Positions 1 to 8,482 of a stretch of 64,000 nucleotides of DNA are shown here, one piece after another. Numbering within the stretch: position 1 is the stretch's first letter; every line of letters starts with the position of its first letter. Under the pieces are notes generated by a model. That model saw only the letters and a list, made by a program, of their open reading frames with translations. It searched no databases and was not told the DNA's origin. The position numbers and the translations under genes are program-made. The stretch is from Pseudidiomarina sp. (lineage in GTDB: Bacteria; Pseudomonadota; Gammaproteobacteria; Enterobacterales; Alteromonadaceae), in the NCBI GenBank assembly GCA_023260975.1, contig JALQTK010000005.1, positions 13,295 through 77,294 on the forward strand, written 5' to 3'.

Positions 1-2
1 AA

Positions 3-1769
3 ATTCGTGATGTCGCGGCTGAATTGCTGGACGTCTATGCCAAGCGAGAAGCCAAGCCTGGCTTCCCATTCCCGCTTGATGAAAGCGAATATCAGCGTTT
101 CGCTAACGGCTTTCCGTTTGCAGAAACCGACGACCAACAAAGCGCTATTGCTGGTGTGCTGGGCGATATGCAAGCAGCGCGAGCGATGGACCGCTTAGTC
201 TGTGGCGACGTCGGCTTCGGCAAAACTGAAGTAGCCATGCGCGCCGCTTTTGTCGCGGTAAATGCCGGTAAACAAGTGGCGGTGCTGGTACCGACAACCC
301 TGTTGGCGCAGCAGCATTATGAAAATTTCAAAGACCGTTTTGCCGATTGGCCAGTGCGTGTCGAAGCCTTATCACGCTTTCAAGGCAGTAAACAAACCAG
401 CCAAATTTTAGCAGACTTAGCAAGCGGCAAAGTGGACCTGGTGATCGGTACCCACAAGCTGTTACAAGACTCCATTAAATTTAACGATTTGGGCTTACTG
501 ATTGTCGACGAGGAACATCGTTTTGGCGTGCGCCAAAAAGAAGCGATTAAGCGTATGCGTGCCGATGTGGATATTCTAACCCTGACCGCCACACCGATTC
601 CACGCACCCTGAATATGGCGATGCATGGGGTACGCGACCTGTCAATTATTGCCACCCCACCAGCTCGGCGGTTAGCGGTAAAAACCTTCGTACGCGAGTA
701 CGATGAGGCAACTATTCGCGAAGCAATTTTGCGCGAGATCCTGCGCGGCGGCCAAGTTTACTTTTTGCATAACAATGTCGATACCATCAACAAAGTCGCG
801 GCCGATTTAGAACTATTGGTACCCGAAGCACGGATCACCGTGGCGCATGGACAGATGCGCGAGCGTGACCTCGAGCGCATCATGGCCGATTTTTACCATC
901 AGCGCTTTAATGTGTTGGTCTGTACCACCATTGTAGAGACCGGTATCGACGTACCAACAGCCAATACCATTATTATGGATCGCGCCGATCATCTCGGCTT
1001 AGCGCAAATGCATCAATTGCGTGGTCGCGTCGGCCGTTCACATCATCAAGCCTATGCTTATTTGCTGACTCCTCACCCGAAGCGCATGAGCAAAGATGCG
1101 CTGAAGCGTCTTGAAGCAATCGCACAACTGGAAGATCTCGGTGCTGGTTTCATGCTGGCAACCCACGATTTAGAAATTCGTGGCGCCGGCGAATTGCTCG
1201 GTGATGAGCAAAGCGGCCAAATCGAAACCATCGGCTTCACTTTATATATGGAAATGCTCGAACAAGCAGTGCAAGCGCTGCGTGATGGCCGTGAACCGGC
1301 GCTTGAGCAATTATTGCAGCAACAAGCAGAGATTGACCTGCGTATCGCTGCCCTGCTGCCCGATAATTATATTGCCGATGTGAATCAGCGCCTGAGTGTC
1401 TATAAACGCATTGCCAGCGCCACCGATAGCAACGCACTTGATGATATTCAAATTGAGCTGATTGATCGCTTTGGTTTGTTGCCCGATGCGGTTAAGGCAC
1501 TCATTCGTATTGCTGCGCTGCGGCAACTTGCGAATACCCTGGGTATTCGCAAAATTGATGGCAACGCACAAGGTATTAGTGTTGAATTTAAAGCGAGCAC
1601 CACGGTATCGGTCAATTATCTCATTGAATTAATGCAGCAACAGCCGCAGCAGTTTCGCTTAGACGGGCCGAATCGATTACGCGTGCTCGGTAAAATTGAC
1701 GATACTCAAGCGCGGCTGAAACTGGTAGAGTCGTTGTTAGCTGATTTTGCCCAACATCGCACCGTTTAA
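3..1769 (+). CDS. mfd: Transcription-repair coupling factor, 5'-truncated by the window edge
   Basis: Frame is open from base 3 (IRDVAAELLDVYAKR). SF2 helicase motifs CGDVGFGKTEVA, DEEH, TATPIPRT and QLRGRVGR, TRG motif HDLEIRGAGELLG, and a C-terminal TRCF domain. Confidence 0.98.
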   Translation: MRDVAAELLDVYAKREAKPGFPFPLDESEYQRFANGFPFAETDDQQSAIAGVLGDMQAARAMDRLVCGDVGFGKTEVAMRAAFVAVNAGKQVAVLVPTTLLAQQHYENFKDRFADWPVRVEALSRFQGSKQTSQILADLASGKVDLVIGTHKLLQDSIKFNDLGLLIVDEEHRFGVRQKEAIKRMRADVDILTLTATPIPRTLNMAMHGVRDLSIIATPPARRLAVKTFVREYDEATIREAILREILRGGQVYFLHNNVDTINKVAADLELLVPEARITVAHGQMRERDLERIMADFYHQRFNVLVCTTIVETGIDVPTANTIIMDRADHLGLAQMHQLRGRVGRSHHQAYAYLLTPHPKRMSKDALKRLEAIAQLEDLGAGFMLATHDLEIRGAGELLGDEQSGQIETIGFTLYMEMLEQAVQALRDGREPALEQLLQQQAEIDLRIAALLPDNYIADVNQRLSVYKRIASATDSNALDDIQIELIDRFGLLPDAVKALIRIAALRQLANTLGIRKIDGNAQGISVEFKASTTVSVNYLIELMQQQPQQFRLDGPNRLRVLGKIDDTQARLKLVESLLADFAQHRTV

Positions 1770-1787
1770 AAGAGGAATGCATCCATC

Positions 1788-2861
1788 ATGAGCTGGTTAT
1801 CTCGGTTACTGCCATTGGCCTTAGCAATGACTGTAAACCCAGCTATGGGGCAAACTAATGCAGCCGATTTACGCTGGTTTGAGGTGGAAGTGCTGGTCAT
1901 CAAGCAGCAACAGCAGGATGGTCCGCTGGAGCATTTTGACTGGCTACCACCGGGCTCAGTCAATGCCACTGCGCAGGACCCACTGACTGGTTATTATGCG
2001 CCCAACTTTTGGGCTATGTTGCATGCTCTACCTGAATGCCCTACCACCAATTGGCAAACTATTCTCAGCCAAAGCGGGCAACTACCCTGCCATGATTGGG
2101 CCGAGTTAAACCTCCCCGATGGCCAAGCCTGGTATCAGCCGCAACAAATTCTTGCCAGTTTACCTTCAGCGCCGATTGTAATTGATGGCGGCGGTGGCGA
2201 TATGACGCGCAGTAGTGCGCCATTTTTAATGCCAGCTACGACCCATCAATTGACTGAATTACGGCAGCAATTGCTGCGCCGCAACGTGGCCACACCATTG
2301 CTGCACCTGAGCTATAGACAACCCGTATTTAACCGTGCTGACGATTTTCAAGTGCGCCTGTTTGGTGGCCGTAATTACGCCAATGAGTTTTTGCCAAGTG
2401 GCTATCAACGCCCACCGCGGCCAAGCCAGATTGAGCCTGAACAGAGCGACAGTATCGACCCGTTGCAACAATTACTGAACTTGCAGCAACAAGGGCAACT
2501 CACCTTTCGGGTGCAGCAAGCAGATACTCCACCGCCACCAGCGCGAGTCGATTTCAATGCCTTGGTTGAGCAACCGGTATGGGAATTAGATGGCTTATTG
2601 CATATTTATTTGGTTGGCAACTATTTGCATATCGACAGCAACTTAGAATTGCGCGAACCGCAAGCCGTGGTATTTAGCAGTGTCAGTTTGGCCGAACAAG
2701 CACAAGCGGCGCTACAACAAGGCAACAGCACTATCTTTTTGCGCCGCTACCAACTCGATCAGTTACGTCGGGTCATTAGTCATCAAACCCATTACTTTGA
2801 TCACCCTAAGTTCGCCTTAATTGTGCAAATTCGCCGAACTGAATTGTCGGCACGTCGTTAA
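1788..2861 (+). CDS. csiV: CsiV-family peptidoglycan-binding periplasmic protein
   Basis: Signal peptide, RWFEVEV N-terminus, WELDG...YLH and HYFDHPKF C-terminal motif. The position directly after mfd is the usual one in Vibrio/Shewanella/Pseudomonas. Confidence 0.85.
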   Translation: MSWLSRLLPLALAMTVNPAMGQTNAADLRWFEVEVLVIKQQQQDGPLEHFDWLPPGSVNATAQDPLTGYYAPNFWAMLHALPECPTTNWQTILSQSGQLPCHDWAELNLPDGQAWYQPQQILASLPSAPIVIDGGGGDMTRSSAPFLMPATTHQLTELRQQLLRRNVATPLLHLSYRQPVFNRADDFQVRLFGGRNYANEFLPSGYQRPPRPSQIEPEQSDSIDPLQQLLNLQQQGQLTFRVQQADTPPPPARVDFNALVEQPVWELDGLLHIYLVGNYLHIDSNLELREPQAVVFSSVSLAEQAQAALQQGNSTIFLRRYQLDQLRRVISHQTHYFDHPKFALIVQIRRTELSARR

Positions 2862-2884
2862 TCAGTATGTCGTTAGGAAAATTT

Positions 2885-4678
2885 ATGCTCGCGCTTCGCT
2901 CTGTTATGATTACTACTGCACTCGCTACCTTGATCGGCTGCCAACAACCAGCACCAGCGCTAGTCGGTTGTGAGCTGGCAGTTACACCTATCCATTCAAT
3001 TCAGGGTAGCGACACCAGCAGTCCGCTGCTCGAGCAGCAAGTAACCGTGCGCGGCATTGTAACCGCCAGCTGGCAAGCTGATGAGCAACTTAGTGGCTTT
3101 TATCTGCATAGTCTTGCACAGGATAGTGACGATAATCCGCTGACCTCTGAAGGCTTATTTGTGCGCACCGACGAAAACTTCCCGCTGCTCACGGCCGGAC
3201 AAGTCATCGCCATTCGCGGCAGCGTTAACGAGCTGCAACAAGTCACCAGTTTAACCGACCCAACACTGCTGCAGTATTGCGGTGAACAACCGCTGCCAAA
3301 GCCACAACCACTGCAATTGCCGGTTGCTTCATTGGCGGTATTCGAGAGCTTAGAAAATATGCCAGTGCAATTTGATCAAACGCTGGTGGTCACCGGGCAT
3401 TTCCCGTTAGCGCGCTATGGCCAATTTCAACTGGCGGTCGGTCAACAATATACAGCAACCCAACTCAGCCCACCCGGCGCTGCCGCGCATGCGGCCAATC
3501 AGCAAGCGCTGTTGGGGCGCATCGTGGTGGATGATAATCGCGCTGAAAAGCCAACACAGATCATCTATCCCAGCCCACAACTCAGCGCCAGCAATAGTTT
3601 GCGCAGTGGTGATAGTGTCCGCGGTTTGCTCGGCATGATCAGTGAGTTCAATGGTAATTATCAGCTCCAACCGTTACAGCAACCGACCTTTATTAACACC
3701 AACCCACGGCCGCCAGCGCCGCCTCAGCCAGCTGAACAAACACTGCGTGTCGCCGCTTTTAACGTACTGAATTATTTTAATGGCGAAGGTGCTGAAAAGC
3801 AGTTTCCGACCGGGCGAGGTGCCAAAACAGCTGCCGATTTTGCCCGCCAAGAAGCAAAAATTGTCGCCGCATTAGCCGCTTTGCAGGCCGATGTGATTGG
3901 GCTCATGGAAATCGAGAACGATGGCTACCAAAGTCATAGTGCTATCGTGCAATTAACCAACGCCCTGCGCCAGTATAGTGGCGAAGATTGGCAGTTTATT
4001 AATGCCGCACAAGAACTCGATAACGGTCGCCTCGGCGGTGATTCAATTACCAATGGATTGCTCTATCGAGGCGACCGCGTGCGCCCGCATAGTGCCGCAA
4101 TCACCTCACGACAAGCCCCGTTCGGCAGTCGCAGCCGACCGCCGCTGGTACAACAATTTTACACCCTACAGAACGATCAACTGTTTGCCGTAGCGGTCAA
4201 TCATTTTAAATCAAAAGGCTCCTGTCCGCGTGATAACAATCGCGCTAATGCCGACCAAGCTGACGGACAAGGCTGCTGGAACCCAATCCGAGTGGAATCG
4301 TCGCAACGACTTGTCGAGTTAATGCAAAGCGCGCCTTTAGATAAGCTTGAACACACCATTGTGCTCGGCGATTTTAATGCCTATGCCATGGAAGATCCGA
4401 TCGCTGTGCTCAAGCAAAATGGTTTTCATAACCTCATCGAGCAATTCGAACCACTGGGTTATTCATATGTTTTTAATGGCTTTGCCGGTAGCTTAGATCA
4501 CATTTTGGTATCGACCGCGCTACGTGATCGGGTTATTAACCAACGTCACTGGTCGATTAATGCCGACGAACCCACTGCGCTGCAGTACGATATGCATCGG
4601 ATCAACCCCAATTGGGTCGACGCAAGTCCCTATCGCGCGTCTGACCACGATCCAGTTTATCTCGATGTACAATTTTAA
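2885..4678 (+). CDS. ExeM/NucH-family extracellular endonuclease, lipoprotein (OB-fold + EEP domain)
   Basis: IHSIQG/VRGIVTA/SEGLFV OB-fold region. EEP motifs FNVLNYFN, EIEN, NHFKSKG, GDFNAY, LDH and SDHDP. Lipobox LIGC. ATG 2885 follows TAGGA; 2867 is an alternative start. Confidence 0.9.
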   Translation: MLALRSVMITTALATLIGCQQPAPALVGCELAVTPIHSIQGSDTSSPLLEQQVTVRGIVTASWQADEQLSGFYLHSLAQDSDDNPLTSEGLFVRTDENFPLLTAGQVIAIRGSVNELQQVTSLTDPTLLQYCGEQPLPKPQPLQLPVASLAVFESLENMPVQFDQTLVVTGHFPLARYGQFQLAVGQQYTATQLSPPGAAAHAANQQALLGRIVVDDNRAEKPTQIIYPSPQLSASNSLRSGDSVRGLLGMISEFNGNYQLQPLQQPTFINTNPRPPAPPQPAEQTLRVAAFNVLNYFNGEGAEKQFPTGRGAKTAADFARQEAKIVAALAALQADVIGLMEIENDGYQSHSAIVQLTNALRQYSGEDWQFINAAQELDNGRLGGDSITNGLLYRGDRVRPHSAAITSRQAPFGSRSRPPLVQQFYTLQNDQLFAVAVNHFKSKGSCPRDNNRANADQADGQGCWNPIRVESSQRLVELMQSAPLDKLEHTIVLGDFNAYAMEDPIAVLKQNGFHNLIEQFEPLGYSYVFNGFAGSLDHILVSTALRDRVINQRHWSINADEPTALQYDMHRINPNWVDASPYRASDHDPVYLDVQF

Positions 4679-4688
4679 TTGGCCTTGC

Positions 4689-4715
4689 TGTCACAACTGA
4701 GGGCATCGCGTCATC
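4689..4715 (+). promoter_or_regulatory. Putative ECF-type promoter (TGTCACA-N16-CATC) upstream of the ECF sigma gene
   Basis: TGTCACA at 4689-4695 and CATC at 4712-4715 (CGTC at 4709-4712), 43 nt before the start codon. ECF genes are often autoregulated. Confidence 0.35.
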
Positions 4716-4758
4716 TGTAGCTATAACTGAGAAACATCACCGCAACAGGACCCATGCT

Positions 4759-5316
4759 GTGTACAAAGGCTTTGGAACACCTATCGCTGCTCGCATCATT
4801 CGGCAGGCCCAGCAGGGTCGCCGTGATGCTCAGCGAGAACTATTCGAAGCCTTCCAACACATCGTCTTAACCAGTCTCATCGGTATCTGCCGTAATCCCG
4901 ATGTAGCGCGTGATTTAGCCCAAGATGTTTTCATTCAGGTGTTTGCTAAGCTGCACCAATTGCGCGATACCAGCGCTTTTGGTGGATGGTTGAAGCAACT
5001 CACGGTGAATACTGCACTAGCCCATTTACGCAAACAACCATGGCAATCACTGCCAACTGATGAGCATGAAAATGCCATTACTGAAATCGATTATCAGCAA
5101 GCTGATTGGCTCAGTCGCTGCGATGATATTGACCAATTGATGCAGTGTTTAACTGCTGCCGAGCAACAATTAGTCTGGCTTTATTTGGTCGAAGATTATA
5201 GCCATCAGCAACTCGCTAAGATGTACGCATTGCCCGCAGCGACCATTCGTCAACGTTATCACCGCGCACTGAAAAAATTACAACAGGCGGCACTGCAAGG
5301 ATCCTCGTATGAGTAA
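4759..5316 (+). CDS. ECF-type RNA polymerase sigma-70 factor
   Basis: 185 aa. Region 2 (ARDLAQDVFIQVF...FGGWLKQLTVN) and region 4 HTH (YSHQQLA...ATIRQRYHRALKKL). AGGA RBS 8 nt before the GTG. Confidence 0.93.
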   Translation: MYKGFGTPIAARIIRQAQQGRRDAQRELFEAFQHIVLTSLIGICRNPDVARDLAQDVFIQVFAKLHQLRDTSAFGGWLKQLTVNTALAHLRKQPWQSLPTDEHENAITEIDYQQADWLSRCDDIDQLMQCLTAAEQQLVWLYLVEDYSHQQLAKMYALPAATIRQRYHRALKKLQQAALQGSSYE

Positions 5317-5701
5317 ACACACAATAACTGTCACCGAACAACAACTTGCCGAGCGCTTGCAGCACGCTGCGGCGATACAAGCGGCAAACCAAGCCCCACT
5401 GGCGTGGCCAGTCGTTGCGCCGCGATGGTGGTGGCGCTGGTCATTACTGCCGGTGGCCAGCGCTGCGGCTATCGCATGGTTGCTGCTGGCCGACTATTCA
5501 CTGTGGCGGTTGCCATTAGCGCCCGATGAGACGCCTATTCCGCCAATGTTGATGGCGGAACACTATCATTTAGAAGCACTGGACCAACACATACAACAGG
5601 CTTATCTGCGCGGTGCTGATGAGCAAACTATCGAGCAGTTATGGCAACAACGCCAGTACTGGACTGAACAACATCGCCTTAATCAGGAGTGGAGCCAATG
5701 A
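5309..5701 (+). CDS. Putative single-pass membrane anti-sigma factor
   Basis: Overlaps the sigma stop by 8 nt. Short N-terminal region, Trp-rich hydrophobic segment WWWRWSLLPVASAAAIAWLLLA, and a helical C-terminal domain. Confidence 0.7.
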   Translation: MSKHTITVTEQQLAERLQHAAAIQAANQAPLAWPVVAPRWWWRWSLLPVASAAAIAWLLLADYSLWRLPLAPDETPIPPMLMAEHYHLEALDQHIQQAYLRGADEQTIEQLWQQRQYWTEQHRLNQEWSQ

Positions 5702-6534
5702 GCCAATTATTTCAGCCAAGCAGATTAGTGACTCTCGGTGCGCTACTGCTATTAAGCAGCCATGCAGCGGCGCAACAAGGTATTGATCTGGCCCGTGCAG
5801 CGGCAACCGAACTCGCCAAGGAACTTGGCGATCAAGAGCAGGCTAGCTTTGAAGAGGCCGCTCGCAGTTACTTTGATTGGGGTGCCATTATTCGACCTGA
5901 CGGCAAAGTGCTCTCAGTGCGCGCCGGTTCGGTAGCAGCGAGTATGGGTTTACAGATTAATGATCAGGTCATGGCGATTAATAATCGACAGCTGACTGGT
6001 GACTCATTGGCCGAAGTATTGACTTATCTTGCTGGCTTAGACCATGGTAGCCAGATCACTGCCACGGTAGAGCGGGCCGGACAAAGCCAACAATTAAGCG
6101 GTCAGGTGTTAGCCACCGTAGTACCTGGTTGGCGTTTGCAGATTGAATTACCGCGGCGCGATAGCATTGCCGGGATCACCCCGAATACTGACGACTGCGG
6201 CCGCTTAAGTGTGTTTTTGCAACCCAACCTGAATGACCACTACCCGGTCCGCATTCACAGCATTAATGGTGAGCTGTATAAAAGTTTGAACCCAAATCTG
6301 GTGCTTCCAGTTGGCGAACACATCATTGGGGTGATTGAATTAATCAATCATGCGGGGCTTAAACGCAGCAGCAGCGTGGCTCGTGAAAAGCTGCTATCGG
6401 TGGTGATCGAGGCCAATAAAAAATATCATCTTGGTGCCCACTTTATTGATTCCCAGCGCTATGAACGGGTTAATCAAGACTATTGGGAACCGGTGGTGTG
6501 GAAAGTCACCGAACAATCCTGTGTAGTAGATTGA
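5698..6534 (+). CDS. Exported PDZ-domain protein with uncharacterised C-terminal beta-domain
   Basis: ATGA overlap with the upstream gene, signal peptide ending AAA-Q, PDZ motif VRAGSVAASMGLQINDQVMAINN. No protease triad seen. Confidence 0.8.
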   Translation: MSQLFQPSRLVTLGALLLLSSHAAAQQGIDLARAAATELAKELGDQEQASFEEAARSYFDWGAIIRPDGKVLSVRAGSVAASMGLQINDQVMAINNRQLTGDSLAEVLTYLAGLDHGSQITATVERAGQSQQLSGQVLATVVPGWRLQIELPRRDSIAGITPNTDDCGRLSVFLQPNLNDHYPVRIHSINGELYKSLNPNLVLPVGEHIIGVIELINHAGLKRSSSVAREKLLSVVIEANKKYHLGAHFIDSQRYERVNQDYWEPVVWKVTEQSCVVD

Positions 6535-6544
6535 TAGTTGACAA

Positions 6545-6578
6545 TTGTCATTCAAATGTCATCGCTTTGTGCTAACCT
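6545..6578 (+). promoter_or_regulatory. Pho box (PhoB site) plus extended -10
   Basis: TTGTCAT-TCAA-ATGTCAT (6545-6562, 11-bp period), followed 10 bp later by TAACCT (6573-6578) with an upstream TG. Directly before an alkaline phosphatase gene. Confidence 0.8.
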
Positions 6579-6610
6579 TGTGCGCATATAAACAGTTCTA
6601 TAGAGGTTTT

Positions 6611-7975
6611 ATGCGCGCTCCGTCTAATCTGTTCAAATACGCCCTTATCGCCACTAGCATTAGCCTAGTGAGTGGCTGTCAACCACAACCGCAAGCAACA
6701 GCTACAGCCGCTGAAGCGCCGAACATCATATTTATGGTTGGCGACGGCATGGGTTTTGAATTTATCTCAGCGTATCGCTACGCGCACAGTCAATTAGGTG
6801 CTGGAGCATTAACGCCAACGGTATTTGATGATTTACTGGTTGGCGCTGCCACCACCTACCCTGACGATGCTACCTGGGTAACCGATTCAGCCGCAGCAGC
6901 AACCGCCTTGGCTGCCGGAGTTAAGTCGTATAATGGCGCAATCGGTGTTAATGCGCAGCAGCAGCCGATTACCACCCTAATGGAGCTGGCTAAACAACAG
7001 GGCTGGGGTACTGGTGCAGTCGTTTCAGTGCAAGTTACTCATGCCACTCCAGCGGCGTTTTTTACTCACCACCCGTCACGGCGTATGTATGATGAAATTG
7101 CTGATAGTTACGCCCAGCAAGTGAGCGCCGGACAATGGAGTTTTGACGTATTACTCGGCGGCGGCTACAGTCATTTTGATCGTGACGACAAAAATTGGCT
7201 GCCTGAGTTAAGTGCGCAAGGCATGCAGATTGCAACCTCGGTAGAGCAACTCGACAGCCTTGAGAAGACCCCTGTGTTAGGTCTTTTCGCGCCACTCGCA
7301 TTACCCCACAGTATTGATGCAGAGCCGCAGTTAGCCACCATGACCGAACACGCGTTACGGCTGCTCAGCAAGCAGCAGCAAAGCACCGGCAAACCATTTG
7401 CACTGATGGTCGAGGGTAGTTTAATTGACTGGTGCGGACATGCTAATGACATCGCCTGTGCCGTGCATGAAATGGCTGATTTTGCGCAAGCCATTGAGGT
7501 GGTTCTAAATTATCAGCGACAGCAACCAAATACCCTGGTTGTTATTACCGCCGACCATTCCACTGGTGGCCTTACCTTAGGTCAAGGTGGCGAATATGCC
7601 TGGCACAGCGACAAAGTGATGGCAATAAAGGGCTCACTCGAAGTGATGACTCGTGGCTTGTTAGAGCGCCAGCCAAATGAATTCCGCGACTATCTCTCGC
7701 CATTACTTAACTTACCGCTTAACGATGCACAATGGCAGCGTATCGAGTCCGTGCAAGTGCCTGCCGAATTAACTGGACGGGCTCGTCAAGCGCCGTTTGC
7801 CGGGGTGTTAGTAGAGATAATCAGTGAGCATACTCGCACTGGCTGGACCACCACCGGTCATACTGCGGTTGATGTGCCGGTATTGGCAATTGGCCCAGGC
7901 GCGGAAAAATTCCGTGGCTACCAAGACAATACTGAAATTGGCCAACGCTTAATGGAGCTGATACAACAACAGTAA
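6611..7975 (+). CDS. phoA: Alkaline phosphatase (PhoA family), lipoprotein
   Basis: GDGMG, catalytic DSAAAAT, HATPA, VEG, IDWCGH, TADH and GHT. Lipobox VSGC. ATG 6611 follows an AGAGG RBS. Confidence 0.93.
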   Translation: MRAPSNLFKYALIATSISLVSGCQPQPQATATAAEAPNIIFMVGDGMGFEFISAYRYAHSQLGAGALTPTVFDDLLVGAATTYPDDATWVTDSAAAATALAAGVKSYNGAIGVNAQQQPITTLMELAKQQGWGTGAVVSVQVTHATPAAFFTHHPSRRMYDEIADSYAQQVSAGQWSFDVLLGGGYSHFDRDDKNWLPELSAQGMQIATSVEQLDSLEKTPVLGLFAPLALPHSIDAEPQLATMTEHALRLLSKQQQSTGKPFALMVEGSLIDWCGHANDIACAVHEMADFAQAIEVVLNYQRQQPNTLVVITADHSTGGLTLGQGGEYAWHSDKVMAIKGSLEVMTRGLLERQPNEFRDYLSPLLNLPLNDAQWQRIESVQVPAELTGRARQAPFAGVLVEIISEHTRTGWTTTGHTAVDVPVLAIGPGAEKFRGYQDNTEIGQRLMELIQQQ

Positions 7976-8071
7976 GGCTAAGTGGATAGCGAACGCAGAC
8001 TAATTCGATCTATCTTTGCCAGCGCTACGTATGCAGATGTTGTTAATGTCATTACTTCAGTGAGGGGTCGC

Positions 8072-8482
8072 ATGGCTAATTGGTTTTTATGTAGTATGGG
8101 CGCCAACCTGCAGCCTGAGTTCAATTTTGCCAAAGCACGCAGTGCCTTGATAAACCTCGGCGAAGCCTATTATTCGCGCGCCATCTATACCAAACCGGTA
8201 GCCATGCAAAGTGCTCATGATTTTCTCAATGCGTTGTTTATCTTGCACACTGAGCTTGACGCCGCCAGCCTCAAACAGCAATTTAATGCCATTGAACAAC
8301 AATTAGGGCGTGACCGCAGCGATCCGCTCAGCGCCATCAAAGATCGGCCCATGGATATCGACATTATTGGCCAACTGACTGCTGACCACAGCGCTGCTGT
8401 CTGGCAACAGGTGCCCGACTATTTAGCCAGCAGCAGTGCCGGCTTAAAGCAACTTTATAACCAACTTGAGGCGGTGCAATGA
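8072..8482 (+). CDS. Short FolK-like (HPPK-fold) protein
   Basis: GANL, FLNA, IEQQLGRDR and RPMDIDII motifs. 136 aa from ATG 8072 (GAGGGG RBS). C-terminal HPPK segment is divergent. Confidence 0.8.
   Translation: MANWFLCSMGANLQPEFNFAKARSALINLGEAYYSRAIYTKPVAMQSAHDFLNALFILHTELDAASLKQQFNAIEQQLGRDRSDPLSAIKDRPMDIDIIGQLTADHSAAVWQQVPDYLASSSAGLKQLYNQLEAVQ

Noticed and set aside
1777-1791. Mini-ORF MHPS overlapping the csiV start
   Set aside because: Its ATG abuts the SD with zero spacing; the SD fits ATG 1788 better.
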